Assembly (NCBI GenBank): GCA_020348945.1
Contig: CP070759.1
Coordinates: forward strand, 1,407,637 to 1,465,173
Source: Candidatus Bathyarchaeota archaeon
GTDB taxonomy: Archaea; Thermoproteota; Bathyarchaeia; Bathyarchaeales; Bathyarchaeaceae
DNA length: 57,537 bases
Direction: 5' to 3'
The first letter of the stretch is position 1. Every line of letters starts with the position of its first letter. The translations under genes and the position numbers were made by a program. Below, one piece after another: positions 9,229 through 20,458 of the stretch. Below the pieces are notes generated by a model. The model was not told where the DNA came from. It saw nothing but the letters and a program-made list of their open reading frames with translations, and did not search any database.

Positions 9229-9596
9229 GAATCTCCTTCTCCTTCAGCGTATTATTAATGTATCCATCTGCTTTTAAGATTTTAGAAAGAATCTTCTATT
9301 AAATTAAATAAGATATTTTTTTGAATCATTTATTCTGTCGCAATCTCATGAGCATCAGAATAATACGTAGATATTTGAATAGACGCAAATTAAACGTGGC
9401 AAAACGTGTCAAAATATACACTCAACGAGCATTGTCTTAGATTGCGCGTTAGTAGTCTTAAGGCTGATTCTCCGAAGTTTGGTGCGAGCTAGCGCGCGCA
9501 AGCAGAAATAGACAAAGTCTATCTAAAAACGGAAAATTGAGTATAGAAAATTATTTAGGGCGTCAAACTAATCATAGAGCCAAGGAGGAGACATGT

Positions 9597-9833
9597 ATGC
9601 CTGTAGCCTTTGTGTTGATCAACGCTGAAATTGGTTCGGAGGAAGAAGTTCTTAATTTGATTAAAGACGTTGAAGGGGTGGACGAAGCCTATATCGTCTA
9701 CGGTGTCTATGACATCGTGACGAAGATCAAAGCTGATACCATGGACAAACTCAAAGACATCGTGACGTGGCACATACGACGGCTAAACAAAGTGAGATCA
9801 TCCCTAACCATGATTGTGGTTGAGGGAACATAA
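9597..9833 (+). CDS. Lrp/AsnC ligand-binding domain protein
   Basis: MPVAFVLINAEIGSEEEV...VYGVYDIVTKI...SSLTMIV; AGGAGG upstream. Confidence 0.92.
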   Translation: MPVAFVLINAEIGSEEEVLNLIKDVEGVDEAYIVYGVYDIVTKIKADTMDKLKDIVTWHIRRLNKVRSSLTMIVVEGT

Positions 9834-9987
9834 CCACCACTCCTTTTTCTGCACGCTTTGCCATGTGCGAACCATTTTTCCACTCTATACAAGAAATCGT
9901 CACTGAATCATCTCTTCACCCAATTCACTCATTAAGTGAAAGTTCTTATTGTCATAATACGTTTCATGAAGTGGTTGAGCTGACACC

Positions 9988-11319
9988 ATGATCACAATGC
10001 ACATTGGATTCGACGACACTGACTCTCCGAAAATGGGATGCACCACTTACATAGCTGCCCTTCTCGTGGAGAAACTGTGCAAACTAGGCGTTTCCTTCAT
10101 AGACTACCCAAACCTCGTTCGGCTTAACCCCAACGTTCCCTGGAAAACCCGTGGCAACGGCGCTCTCTGCCTGAGAATCCAGTGTGCTGAGAGCCTCACG
10201 GAAGGGATCATGAGGATGGTGGTTGACGCTGTCGAGAAAAACTCTGACTTAGACTATGCTGGCACTGATCCAGGCGCTGTCTTCTTCTTCCACGACAACG
10301 TGCCGATCGAGTTCAAAGAATTTGCTAAAAGAGCCATACAAGGCATTGTAAAGATGGAAGAAACTCTTAAGCTCATTAAAAAGTTCGGGGCGGAGGCAGT
10401 AGGCTTCAAGAAGGGAAGAGGCATTATTGGAGGCTTAGCCGCAATCGGCGAAACTTTAGAGGGCGATCACACTTACGAGGTTATAGCCTATCGAAAACCT
10501 CAAAATCGCGGAACACCTAGGAGAATTCAAGTTTCATCTGTTGCTGAGATGGACAAGAAAACTTCGCCTTTAACCTTCAACAACATTGACTCTGAGAAAC
10601 AGCGAGTCCTTATAGCTCCAAGAGGACCCGACCCGATTCTGTACGGCATCCGAGGGGAAAAACCAGAGGTTGTCAAGCAAGCCCATGAGATAGTTCGGTC
10701 TCAAGAACCAATTGAACGGTGGATCGTCTTCCGCACAAACCATGGAACCGATGCCCACTTGCGAAAAGTCAGTTCTATCCGCGAGATACAACCCTTCAAC
10801 CCAGTGATCGTTGAAGGCGTTGTAAGTGATGAACCACGGATGATTCCAGGAAGACACATTATCTTCGCCATCAAAGACAAAATAGGGCATATAGACTGCG
10901 CAGCCTACGAACCAACAGGAACCCTTCGAGAAGCCGCTAAAAAGCTGATCAGAGGAGATCAAGTTGAAGTCCATGGGGGTGTCCGTCCCGCCTCGCCCCA
11001 ACATCCAGTTACCCTAAACCTTGAGAAAATGCGAGTTCTAAAGTTGGCTCCAAAAATCTTTTTTCACAACCCCATGTGTTCTCAGTGCGACAAGCGGATG
11101 GAGTCCATGGGAAGAAAGAAAGGATTCAGATGTAAGAAATGCGGCTTTCGCTCCTCAAAGCTGGGAAAGGTGGCAGTTGAGAGCAAGCGTTCTCTTGAGA
11201 AAAAACTGTACATAACGTCCCCTCGATCCCAGAGGCATCTAACAAAACCACTTCTTCGGTACGGAAGAGAAAAAGCCAATGCACCAAAGAATATGATTGA
11301 AGATTGGCATTCTCCCTAA
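9988..11319 (+). CDS. tiaS: tRNA(Ile2) agmatidine synthetase
   Basis: IGFDDTDS..GCTTY, RLNPNVPWKTRGNGA, PDPILYGIRG, TNHGTD, OB fold, C-terminal CxxC-CxxC, RHLTKPL.R. Confidence 0.96.
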   Translation: MITMHIGFDDTDSPKMGCTTYIAALLVEKLCKLGVSFIDYPNLVRLNPNVPWKTRGNGALCLRIQCAESLTEGIMRMVVDAVEKNSDLDYAGTDPGAVFFFHDNVPIEFKEFAKRAIQGIVKMEETLKLIKKFGAEAVGFKKGRGIIGGLAAIGETLEGDHTYEVIAYRKPQNRGTPRRIQVSSVAEMDKKTSPLTFNNIDSEKQRVLIAPRGPDPILYGIRGEKPEVVKQAHEIVRSQEPIERWIVFRTNHGTDAHLRKVSSIREIQPFNPVIVEGVVSDEPRMIPGRHIIFAIKDKIGHIDCAAYEPTGTLREAAKKLIRGDQVEVHGGVRPASPQHPVTLNLEKMRVLKLAPKIFFHNPMCSQCDKRMESMGRKKGFRCKKCGFRSSKLGKVAVESKRSLEKKLYITSPRSQRHLTKPLLRYGREKANAPKNMIEDWHSP

Positions 11320-11415
11320 ACTTACGTGGAGACGAGACCGATGAGATGTGAAGAGAGAAAAAGATAAAGCAATCTTTAGGTTTTAAATCACCAACTACAC
11401 GGTTGGGATAAACTA

Positions 11416-12759
11416 ATGAACCAAAGCTTTTTCGAAGCAGTTCTGGAACTGGTTGAGGCGAGCAGGGCGCATGAAAAATACAGAGCCGCAGATTGTATAA
11501 ACCTGATAGCAAGCGAGGGACTAAAGTCTCCCGCAGTGAGGGAGATGCTGAGATTGTCTCAGGACTTAGAGTGCAGGTACGCTGAGGGAGAGAACGATCT
11601 AGAAGGGCATGTTAAAGTACGCTACTATCAGGGGCAAAAGTACATCACGAAAATTGAGAACTACGCAGCTGACTTGATGAAAGACTTGTTCGGTTGCAAC
11701 TGGGTTGACGTGAGACTGGTTTCTGGTACCCACGCGAACTTGGCCACGTTCAAAGGACTCTCCATGGCAACCAAAAACAATAGGATGGTTGTTGCACCCC
11801 TCAGCTGTGGAGCCCACATCTCCCACGACTACACAGGTCTCGCAGGAGAGGTTATAGGGCTGGAGACAATTGATCATGCCTACGACGTAAACGAGATGAA
11901 CATTGACCCAGACAAGTCCGCGGCAGTGATAAGAAAGACGAAGCCAGGGATAGTAACGTTTGGCGGGAGCCTGTTTCTGTTTCCTCACCCCTTAAAGGAG
12001 TTGAGAGAAGCTGCCAGAGAAGTTGACGCCTACGTTGTCTACGATGCTGCTCACGTCCTAGGATTAATAGCTGGCGGACAGCTTCAGGACCCGCTTAGGG
12101 AAGGCGCAGATTTCATAAACGCTTCAACGCATAAAACATTTCCAGGGCCTCAAGGCGGCGTGATTCTCGCAAATCTAGAAGACAAAAGGATGAGAGTGGG
12201 AATAAAAAGCGTTCAGCACTCAATTTTTCCGCTAACCACATCTAATACACATCTTGCAAGGTTGCCCGCCATGGGACTGGCTGCGTTAGAAATGAAAGTG
12301 TTCGGTGTGGAACTCGCAAAGCAAACAGTTAAAAACGCTCAGGTTGCGGGGGAACATTTCTGTGAAAACGGAGTGAAGGTTTTAGGTGAAAAGAAAGGTT
12401 TCACAAGATCACATCAGATTGCCGTGGACATCCAAGAGTATGGTGGAGGGAAAAAGATAGCTGAAAACCTTGAAGAGGCTAACATTATTGTTAACAAGAA
12501 CCTACTGCCCTATGATGATCCGAAGAACAAAAAGAACCCATCGGGACTCCGAATTGGTTTTCAAGACGTAACTAGAAGAGGGTTTAAGGAGGACGACATC
12601 AAACGACTATGCGACTTGATGATAGATGTGATAAAGGGCAAGAGAAAGCCCTCCGATGTTAGAGAAGACACAATCGCTTTGAGACAGTGCTTTAAGGAAA
12701 TCAAGTACGGATTTCAGAGCATAGACGAGACAGTGAAGTATGCAGAAAAACATGGTTAG
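11416..12759 (+). CDS. glyA: Serine hydroxymethyltransferase
   Basis: NLIASE, RYAEG, SGTHAN, YDAAHVLGLIAGG, STHKTFPGPQGG, PSGLRIG. Confidence 0.96.
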   Translation: MNQSFFEAVLELVEASRAHEKYRAADCINLIASEGLKSPAVREMLRLSQDLECRYAEGENDLEGHVKVRYYQGQKYITKIENYAADLMKDLFGCNWVDVRLVSGTHANLATFKGLSMATKNNRMVVAPLSCGAHISHDYTGLAGEVIGLETIDHAYDVNEMNIDPDKSAAVIRKTKPGIVTFGGSLFLFPHPLKELREAAREVDAYVVYDAAHVLGLIAGGQLQDPLREGADFINASTHKTFPGPQGGVILANLEDKRMRVGIKSVQHSIFPLTTSNTHLARLPAMGLAALEMKVFGVELAKQTVKNAQVAGEHFCENGVKVLGEKKGFTRSHQIAVDIQEYGGGKKIAENLEEANIIVNKNLLPYDDPKNKKNPSGLRIGFQDVTRRGFKEDDIKRLCDLMIDVIKGKRKPSDVREDTIALRQCFKEIKYGFQSIDETVKYAEKHG

Positions 12760-12793
12760 AACTTTCATTTCCGAACAGGCTTTGGTGGCTTAG

Positions 12794-14005
12794 ATGAAAT
12801 ATCTGCTCATAATCGGTGACGGAATGGCCGACTATCCTGTTGAAGCTCTAAACGGAAAAACTCCTCTGCAAGTTGCTAACAAACCGAACATGGACGAGCT
12901 TGCATCTGAGGGGCGCAACGGCATCTTGAGAACAATCCCAGAAAACATGGGGGCTGGTTCTGACGTTGCAAACCTTTCCATTCTAGGGTATAACCCTGAA
13001 AAATGGTACACAGGCAGAGGACCTCTTGAAGCCGCCACTAAAGGAATTCACCTAGCAAAAGACGACATAGCATTTAGGTGCAATTTAATTACAGAAGAAA
13101 ACGATGTTCTAATGGACTACTCTGCGGGTCACATAACAAGCGATGAAGCCAAGGAATTAATGAAGGCTGTAGAAGACAACTTTGGAAAACCGAACGAAAT
13201 AGATTTTCACGCCGGCGTCAGCTACAGGAATCTGCTGGTCTTTAGGAACGGACCATACTCAGACGATGTTTTGTGCACACCACCCCATGACACTGTAGGT
13301 GTTAAAATATCCGAGACTCTGCCAAAAGCTAAAACATCAACGGCTGAGTTCACGGTTACCACTTTAAAAAGGATGATTTATGATTCCAAAAAGATTTTAG
13401 AGAATCATCCGGTGAATGTTAACAGAGTTGCCCTTGGCAAGAGACCTGGAAACATGATTTGGCCTTGGGGTCAAGGTAAAAAACCAAGCATGCCAACATT
13501 GCAGGAAAGATATGGCATAAGCGGAGCGGTCATATCGGCTGTTGATGTGATTAAGGGCGTAGGAATTTACGCTGGAATGAAAGTTATCAATGTTCCAGGC
13601 GCCACCGGTTTTTATGATACAAACTATGAGGGCAAAGCCGATTACGCGCTTGAGGCTCTAAAAAGATATGACATGGTTTTGGTTCACGTGGAGGCTCCAG
13701 ACGAGGCTGGTCACAGTGGAGACCATGAACAAAAAATTAGGACGCTAGAGGATTTGGACCGAAGGTTGATTGGACGATTGCTGGAGGGTTTAGATCAAGA
13801 TTGCACCATTGCTGTTCTGCCAGACCACGTTACACCGATAAAAATTAGAACGCACGCAAGGGACCCTGTTCCGTTTACAATCTGCTCTCCCCTCATTGAA
13901 GCAGACGAGGTGAAGTATTTTGATGAGGTGTCTGCGAGAAAAGGTGGTTTTGGATTTTTGGAAAAAGGAGATACGTTCATGCGGTTATTCGTATTAGCTA
14001 AGTAG
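12794..14005 (+). CDS. apgM: Cofactor-independent phosphoglycerate mutase (ApgM family)
   Basis: GDGMAD, GSDVANL, GRGPLEA, HVEAPDEAGH, PDHVTP. Confidence 0.9.
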   Translation: MKYLLIIGDGMADYPVEALNGKTPLQVANKPNMDELASEGRNGILRTIPENMGAGSDVANLSILGYNPEKWYTGRGPLEAATKGIHLAKDDIAFRCNLITEENDVLMDYSAGHITSDEAKELMKAVEDNFGKPNEIDFHAGVSYRNLLVFRNGPYSDDVLCTPPHDTVGVKISETLPKAKTSTAEFTVTTLKRMIYDSKKILENHPVNVNRVALGKRPGNMIWPWGQGKKPSMPTLQERYGISGAVISAVDVIKGVGIYAGMKVINVPGATGFYDTNYEGKADYALEALKRYDMVLVHVEAPDEAGHSGDHEQKIRTLEDLDRRLIGRLLEGLDQDCTIAVLPDHVTPIKIRTHARDPVPFTICSPLIEADEVKYFDEVSARKGGFGFLEKGDTFMRLFVLAK

Positions 14006-15218
14006 TCTCTTTTTCAGAACGTTTGGAAAAAATTTCTTTAAGCCTTTTTTCTGGGGCTCCTAGGCAGTAGAGTATGCCTGTTAAGTTCTCTTTTGTTATC
14101 ACGCCGTCAGCCACTTTTTTAAGGATGTCTTTGGGGTTGAGTGCTATTCCTAAACCCGAACTTTGAAGCATGAATCGGTCGTTGGCGCCGTCTCCAACCG
14201 CAACGATTTCCTCCAGCAACAGGTTTTCTTTTCTAGCTAACTGGCGGATTATTTCGCCTTTTCGTTTGTCATCGATTATGGGTTCTTCCACTTCCCCCGT
14301 TAACTTGCCCTCCCTGATTACGAGTTTGTTGGCATAGGCATAGTCGATGCCAAGCTTCTCCTTAATTTTGCCAACGAAATATTCGAAACCTCCAGATACT
14401 AAGGCGGTCTTGAATCCTAACGCCTTGAGCGTGTTTATCAGTTCTTCTGCACCAGGCGTGATTTCCAAGTTTTCCGCTATGACTTCAAGAACCTCCACTT
14501 TTAAGCCCTTTAACAATCTTGCGCGTTCTCTGAGGGCTTGTTTGAAATCGATTTCACCGTTCATTGCTTTTCGCGTGATTTCCTTTACCTTTTTACTTAC
14601 TCCAGCGGCTTTGGCGAGTTCATCGATCACTTCAACTTCGATTAACGTGCTGTCCACGTCAAAAACCATCAGTCTCTTTGGTCTTTGAAACACATCCTCT
14701 GTCTGAACGACCACGTCTTGTCCAGCTTCGCTGCAAGTGTCTTCAAGTCCGCTTCTGAAAGCTTCAAAATTGGAGGAAATGTCGCTGAGGTCCGTAGATA
14801 TTTCCATGACGTTTAGCTCTCCAGAGGTAACCATCCTTATCCTCTCTATGTTCGCTTTTTTTTCAGATAGAAACTGTGAAATCTTTGCGACTATGCCTGG
14901 GCTGTCTTTTCCAATGGTTGTGAGTAATGCAAGTTTCTTTTCGGCTTTGCGTCTCCCAGCAATGTAGGGTTCCATGGTTAACTCTAAGCCTATCTTGTTT
15001 CCGATGCTCGCTAACTGGTCCTTGAGGTTTTCAATTGGTATGGCCGCGGTGCGGCAGTCCACTATCATGAAGATGGCGAAGAGTCCCCTTATGCTAAAGG
15101 CTTCGATGTCAACGATGTTCACGTTTGCGCTGGCTATGGCATCAGTTATTTCCGCGATCAGTCCAGGTTTGTCTTTTCCTGTTGCTGTGATTACGAAGTT
15201 CATTGTCACGTTGAACAC
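13998..15218 (-). CDS. serB: Phosphoserine phosphatase with two ACT domains
   Basis: GKDKPG and GKDSPG ACT motifs; FDVDSTLI, VSGGF, VGDGAND HAD motifs. Confidence 0.95.
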   Translation of the reverse strand: MFNVTMNFVITATGKDKPGLIAEITDAIASANVNIVDIEAFSIRGLFAIFMIVDCRTAAIPIENLKDQLASIGNKIGLELTMEPYIAGRRKAEKKLALLTTIGKDSPGIVAKISQFLSEKKANIERIRMVTSGELNVMEISTDLSDISSNFEAFRSGLEDTCSEAGQDVVVQTEDVFQRPKRLMVFDVDSTLIEVEVIDELAKAAGVSKKVKEITRKAMNGEIDFKQALRERARLLKGLKVEVLEVIAENLEITPGAEELINTLKALGFKTALVSGGFEYFVGKIKEKLGIDYAYANKLVIREGKLTGEVEEPIIDDKRKGEIIRQLARKENLLLEEIVAVGDGANDRFMLQSSGLGIALNPKDILKKVADGVITKENLTGILYCLGAPEKRLKEIFSKRSEKETT

Positions 15219-15271
15219 CTTCTGTTTACAAGTCTCTTTACTTGTTGAACCCTTAATTTTCGTGTTTCGGT

Positions 15272-16093
15272 TTAGAAGGTTTCGGGTGCTTTTGGGTAGG
15301 AGCCGAGAACCCTTATGAAAGCTGACTTCTCTTCAAGAGCTTTCAGTGCTTCTTGACAGTTTTCTTCAAGTCTATGGCCTTCAAAATCTAAGTAAAAATT
15401 GTATTCCCAAGGCTGTTGTTTCGTTGGTCTCGACTCGATTTTCGTTAGGTTTATGCCCCTCAAAGCAAACTCTTCAAGAGCGTGAAACAACGCGCCTGGA
15501 ACATGTTTGGAGGCAAAGATTATGGAAGTCTTGTCTTTGCCCGTGGGCTGCGAATCTTTTTTTGACAAGACAAAGAACCTTGTGTAATTGTTCTGGTTGT
15601 CCGCTATTCCCTTAGCAAGAACTTTCATGCTGTAAATTTCTGCGGCTCTCTCACTGGCAATGGCTCCAGCGTCTATCAGCCTTTTTTCCTTCATCATTTT
15701 CACGCTACCAGCAGTGTCGTAGGTGGAAAACAAGTCACAGCCCAATTTTTCTAGGAAGCTTCTACATTGAGCTAAGGCTTGGGGATGGGAGTAAACTACT
15801 TTGACTGAGTTCAAATTTGTTTTTGGGTTGGTTATGAGGCAGTGAACTATCTTGAGGACTATTTCGCCGCATACCTTGAGGTCATGAGTTAAAAACAGAT
15901 CGTAGGTTTGGTTTACGCTTCCCTCTATCGAATTTTCGATGGGAACCACTCCATACAAAGTTTCTCCTTTTTCTACACTTTCAAAAACGTCGGATAGGTT
16001 TTTGCAAGGTTTCACTTCTGCTGAGGAGCCGAAAAAAGAGTAAACCGCGCTCTCACTGTATGCTCCGATTTCACCCTGAAAGGCAACTTTCAC
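15272..16093 (-). CDS. pheA: Prephenate dehydratase
   Basis: VAFQGE.GAYSE, PIENSIEG, SHPQALAQC, NYTRF, LTKIESRP. Confidence 0.96.
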   Translation of the reverse strand: MKVAFQGEIGAYSESAVYSFFGSSAEVKPCKNLSDVFESVEKGETLYGVVPIENSIEGSVNQTYDLFLTHDLKVCGEIVLKIVHCLITNPKTNLNSVKVVYSHPQALAQCRSFLEKLGCDLFSTYDTAGSVKMMKEKRLIDAGAIASERAAEIYSMKVLAKGIADNQNNYTRFFVLSKKDSQPTGKDKTSIIFASKHVPGALFHALEEFALRGINLTKIESRPTKQQPWEYNFYLDFEGHRLEENCQEALKALEEKSAFIRVLGSYPKAPETF

Positions 16094-16106
16094 TTCACCA
16101 CCTCGC

Positions 16107-17621
16107 TCATTGTAGTCTTCGTCTTTTCAGCAATACTTTGTTGATGCCGCTTATCATCGCCTCGACGCTGGCCATGACTACATCTTCACGCGCTGCTCTC
16201 GCTGACATGACATTTCCATCTTTGTCTTCAACCTTTATTATCACTTCAGCTAAAGCGTCAGACCCTCCAGTTAAGGCTTCCAGCCGGTACTCCTTTAACC
16301 TAACGTTCACCAAATTGGCCGTAAGCTTTTGCACCGCCTTAATCGCAGCGTCAACAGGACCCAAACCAGTTTCGGCGGCCACGTATTCCTTCCCGTCTAA
16401 CACTAGTTTCACTGAGGCCGTTGGGATAACCCTTATTCCAGTCACTACGGCTAGATCCCTTAAGTCAACAATCTTTTTTTCAGCAATTACTCTTCCTGTG
16501 ACAGTTCTGGCTATAGCCAACAAATCGGCGTCTGTCACGGTTTTGCCTTTGTCTCCCAAACTCTTGACTCTTTTAACAATCGTTTTTAGTTGCTCCTTGT
16601 TTGGATGTATTCCAACTTCTTCCAGCTCTGTTTTTATGCCGCGGGTGCCTGCATGTTTCCCAGCTACAAGCCTCCTCATTCTTCCCACGAGTTCAGGTTT
16701 AATCGGCTCAAACGTTGAAGGCACAACTACTACTCCTCGAGTGTGGATGCCTGACTCATGGGCAAAAGCGTTTTCACCCACAATTGCCTTGTTCGGCTGA
16801 ATTGGAACCCCTGTTAATCGAGATACCAGCTGTGAGGTTCCGTAGATCAGCTTGGTGTTTATTCCAGTTTTCACGCCGTGAATCAGATGAAGTCCCATCG
16901 CAACTTCTTCTAACGCTGCATTTCCAGCCCTTTCACCCAACCCATTTATGGTCACGTGAACTTGGGAGGCTCCACCTTCCACCGCAGCTAAAGAGTTCGC
17001 CACAGCCATCCCAAAGTCGTTGTGGCAGTGCACGCTGATGGGAATCTTAACCACGGTTTTAACGTCTTCAATTAGTTTACGCATGGTTGCTGGAGTCATC
17101 ACACCGACAGTGTCAGGAATGTTTATTCGGTCGGCTCCAGCATCTTCAGCAGCGCTGCATATTTTTTTTAGGAACTCTAAATCTGTTCGTGTAGCGTCCA
17201 TTGGCGAAAACTCGCACACCAACCCGTGGTCTTTAACGTACCTAACAGACTCTACGGCTGTTGACAGGACCTGTTCAGGTTTCATGCCTAAAGCGTGCTT
17301 CATCTGCACATCCGAAGTTGAGATAAATATGTGAACCGAGTTAACGTTGCATCCTATGGCAGCGTCTATATCCTCTTTCATGGTGCGGGCGAGACCGCAT
17401 ATTTCAGCGTTCAATCCCAATTTAGCTATTTCCGTAACTGCCTTCGCTTCACCTTTTGAAGTTATCGGAGTGCCAGCTTCTATCACGTCTACGCCTAAGT
17501 TGTCAAGTTGATGAGCTAACTCCACTTTTTCCTCCGGAGTTAGAGATACTCCTGGAGTTTGCTCTCCGTCTCTGAGCGTGGTGTCAAACATTTGGATGTA
17601 TTTCCTATCTGTAGACTTCAA
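16107..17621 (-). CDS. leuA: 2-isopropylmalate synthase
   Basis: DTTLRDGEQ, HCHNDFG, GERAGNA, HESGIH, regulatory domain; VHIFISTS/EFSPMDATR variant; adjacent to leuBCD. Confidence 0.88.
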   Translation of the reverse strand: MKSTDRKYIQMFDTTLRDGEQTPGVSLTPEEKVELAHQLDNLGVDVIEAGTPITSKGEAKAVTEIAKLGLNAEICGLARTMKEDIDAAIGCNVNSVHIFISTSDVQMKHALGMKPEQVLSTAVESVRYVKDHGLVCEFSPMDATRTDLEFLKKICSAAEDAGADRINIPDTVGVMTPATMRKLIEDVKTVVKIPISVHCHNDFGMAVANSLAAVEGGASQVHVTINGLGERAGNAALEEVAMGLHLIHGVKTGINTKLIYGTSQLVSRLTGVPIQPNKAIVGENAFAHESGIHTRGVVVVPSTFEPIKPELVGRMRRLVAGKHAGTRGIKTELEEVGIHPNKEQLKTIVKRVKSLGDKGKTVTDADLLAIARTVTGRVIAEKKIVDLRDLAVVTGIRVIPTASVKLVLDGKEYVAAETGLGPVDAAIKAVQKLTANLVNVRLKEYRLEALTGGSDALAEVIIKVEDKDGNVMSARAAREDVVMASVEAMISGINKVLLKRRRLQ

Positions 17622-17636
17622 ACTTCAAACCTCCAG

Positions 17637-18677
17637 TTATCTAACCATTTTTCCCATGATCTCTTCTGCAATAGCCTTCCCTATCTCCACCGTTTTGGCT
17701 TTTCCACCAAAATCTGGAACCGTTATTTCCTTGCGCAGCGTTGCAACCACGGCGTCCTCTATTGCCTCAGCCGCGGCTAAACATTTAGAATCCCTGTGTT
17801 GCTCACCTAACCAATCAAGCATCATCTTGGCGGCGAGGATCATGGAGCAAGGGTTAGCCGTGTGTTTTCCAACTCTGCTCGGGGCTGATCCGTGAACTGG
17901 CTCGAACAAAGCGAAGTTGTCTCCGATGTTTGCTCCTGGAGCCATACCTAAGCCCCCAACAAGCTGGGCAGCTTCATCTGAAAGTATGTCGCCAAACATG
18001 TTTGTGGTTACAATTACATCGAAATTCTGTGGCGCTTTAATTATGCGCATGGCGGTAGCGTCAACGTACTGTTCGTCGAAAGTTACGTCCGGATATTTCT
18101 TGGCTACTTCTCTACAAGTTTCTGCAAAGAGACCGCAGGTTACCCTCATGACGTTTGCTTTGTGGACGGCTGTAACTCTTTTCTTCTTGTTTCGCCTCCT
18201 AGCAATTTCGAAGGCTTTCTTCGCTATTCTTTCGCTTCCTTTCTTTGTTATAACTCTTAAGCAGATGGCGGTGTTGGGGTTTAAAGAGAATTCTAGGCCC
18301 CTGTAAACTCCTTCAGTGTTTTCTCTCACGAAAATAAAGTCTATGTCAGGTCTCGCAGATGGAACTGAAGGATAAGCCTTCACTGGCCTAAGGTTAGCGT
18401 ACAAATCAAACATAAGCCTCAACTTAACTATGACATCAGCTGCAGTTTCGCCAACTGGGCCCTTCAAGCATGTATGCGAGTTCTTTATGGTCTCCACAGT
18501 GTCTTCTGGAAGAGCCACACCTCTCCTTTTGAAGCACCCGTCGCCGGCCTCCACCTCAACAATGTTTAAGTCCAAGTCGAATTTCTTCTTGACAGTATCC
18601 AGAACCTCCAATGTTGTTTCAGTGAGTTCTGGTCCAATTCCGTCGCCTGGGATAAGAGCTATCCGGTACCCGCTCAT
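17637..18677 (-). CDS. leuB: 3-isopropylmalate dehydrogenase (isocitrate/isopropylmalate family)
   Basis: PGDGIGPE, RENTEG, HKANV, NMFGDILSD, EPVHGSAP. Confidence 0.92.
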   Translation of the reverse strand: MSGYRIALIPGDGIGPELTETTLEVLDTVKKKFDLDLNIVEVEAGDGCFKRRGVALPEDTVETIKNSHTCLKGPVGETAADVIVKLRLMFDLYANLRPVKAYPSVPSARPDIDFIFVRENTEGVYRGLEFSLNPNTAICLRVITKKGSERIAKKAFEIARRRNKKKRVTAVHKANVMRVTCGLFAETCREVAKKYPDVTFDEQYVDATAMRIIKAPQNFDVIVTTNMFGDILSDEAAQLVGGLGMAPGANIGDNFALFEPVHGSAPSRVGKHTANPCSMILAAKMMLDWLGEQHRDSKCLAAAEAIEDAVVATLRKEITVPDFGGKAKTVEIGKAIAEEIMGKMVR

Positions 18678-19168
18678 TTTAACCCTCTCTTTCTCAGATG
18701 TTCTATGAGACCTCCGTCACCCAGTATTTCCATAACAAACTCTGGAAGCTGAGTTGCTCGTAGAGTTAAGTTCTTTGACCGATTTTTGATTGTCCCTGTC
18801 CCCAAGTTCACCACTAACTCGTCGCCATCTTCAACTTTGCCCGAAACTCCAGAACATTCAAGCACTGGCAAGCCAAGGTTTATGGCGTTTCTGTAAAAGA
18901 TGCGGGCAAAGGACTCCGCAAGTACACAACTAACGCCAGCGTGCTTTAACGCCAAAGGCGCTTCTTCCCGGCTGGAGCCGCAGCCGAAGTTTCTTCCAGC
19001 AACAATTATAGCTCCGCCTTGAGCCTTCCTAAAGAACAGAGGATCTAAACCTTCCATTGCGTGTTTCGCCAATTCCATTGGATCAAGCGTTAGGATCAGG
19101 TATTTTCCAGGAAGAATAACATCAGTGTTCACGTTGTTTCCGTACTTTATCGCTTTTCCGGAGATCAT
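18674..19168 (-). CDS. leuD: 3-isopropylmalate dehydratase small subunit
   Basis: [30 protein letters not shown]. Confidence 0.95.
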   Translation of the reverse strand: MISGKAIKYGNNVNTDVILPGKYLILTLDPMELAKHAMEGLDPLFFRKAQGGAIIVAGRNFGCGSSREEAPLALKHAGVSCVLAESFARIFYRNAINLGLPVLECSGVSGKVEDGDELVVNLGTGTIKNRSKNLTLRATQLPEFVMEILGDGGLIEHLRKRGLK

Positions 19169-19174
19169 TCCGTG

Positions 19175-20434
19175 TTAGACCTCCAATGCTCTGGGATCAG
19201 TGATTTTACCGGTTACCGCTGAAGCCGCAACCGTGGAAGGGGAAGCTAGATATACATGAGCCTTTGGGCTCCCCATTCTTCCAACAAAGTTCCTGTTTGA
19301 GGAGCTTATGCAAACCTCCCCAGGGGCCAAGAGTCCCAGATGCCCACCGAGACATGGACCACACGTAGGATTGCCAACGATAGCGCCGGCTTTCAGGAAG
19401 ATTTCGAGGAGACCCTCCTGCAACGCTTGTAGATATACTTCCTGCGAGGCAGGAGCCACTATCATTCGCACTCCATTTTTCACTTTTTTGCCCTTTAAGA
19501 AACTAGCTGCTAATCGCAGATCTTCTAAGCGACCATTGGTACAAGACCCTAGAAACGCTTGATCTATGCTCACTTCAGCCACCTCTGATACTGGCTTAAC
19601 ATTGTCAACTGAGTGGGGACAAGAAACTTGGAGCTCCATGTTTGTGATGTCAAAATTCAAAATTTTTTCGTAGGTAGCGGCGGGGTCATTTTTGAAGATT
19701 TGAAATGGTTTGTTGGTTCTCTCCTTGATGTAGTTTAGCGTTGTTTCGTCCGGCTCTACTATGCCAGTTTTGGCGCTTGCCTCTATAGCCATGTTGCACA
19801 TTGTCATTCGGCCATCAATACTCATGTTTCGTATGGTAGAACCCGCAAATTCTATTCCTTTGTAAATGGCCCCATCAGCCTTAATCTCACCAATTATATT
19901 TAGGATCAAATCCTTCGGCGTAACGTATCTCTGGAACCGTCCCTCCGCATTTACTTTGATAACGTTGGGAACCTTGAGCCAAAGCGCGCCTGTTGCAAAG
20001 ACGGCAGCCATATCGGTTGCTCCTATGCCAGTTGCAAAGGCTCCGAATGCACCATAGGTGCACGTGTGGGAATCTGCACCTACAATTAATTCTCCAGGTC
20101 TGACGTGGCCCTTTTCTGGCATCACTTGGTGGCAAACACCTCCTCGACCAATGTCGTAGAAATTCTCTATTTTCTGTTCTATCACAAACTCCCTCATGAT
20201 GCTGTGCAACTGAGCTGACCTCTCTGAGTTGGCTGGAACCAAGTGGTCGAAAATGACGACTATCCTTTGGTTGTCCCAGACCTTTTCGACTCCGATCTTG
20301 CGGAACGTCTCGACGGATAGGGGTCCAGTTAAATCGTGCACCATTGCTACGTCGACTTTGGCCTCTACAATCTCTTCTGGGCTAACTTCTTTTTTCCCAG
20401 AAGCCTTGGCCAAGATTTTTTCAGTGATGTTCAT
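19175..20434 (-). CDS. leuC: 3-isopropylmalate dehydratase large subunit
   Basis: [31 protein letters not shown]. Confidence 0.96.
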   Translation of the reverse strand: MNITEKILAKASGKKEVSPEEIVEAKVDVAMVHDLTGPLSVETFRKIGVEKVWDNQRIVVIFDHLVPANSERSAQLHSIMREFVIEQKIENFYDIGRGGVCHQVMPEKGHVRPGELIVGADSHTCTYGAFGAFATGIGATDMAAVFATGALWLKVPNVIKVNAEGRFQRYVTPKDLILNIIGEIKADGAIYKGIEFAGSTIRNMSIDGRMTMCNMAIEASAKTGIVEPDETTLNYIKERTNKPFQIFKNDPAATYEKILNFDITNMELQVSCPHSVDNVKPVSEVAEVSIDQAFLGSCTNGRLEDLRLAASFLKGKKVKNGVRMIVAPASQEVYLQALQEGLLEIFLKAGAIVGNPTCGPCLGGHLGLLAPGEVCISSSNRNFVGRMGSPKAHVYLASPSTVAASAVTGKITDPRALEV

Positions 20435-20458
20435 GATGTCCTTCAGCTTTTGCCTTGA

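Noticed and set aside
9330..9363. Inverted repeat TTATTCTG...CAGAATAA upstream of the SBP gene
   Set aside because: 8-bp AT-rich arms can arise by chance and no second copy was noticed; at most a weak operator candidate.
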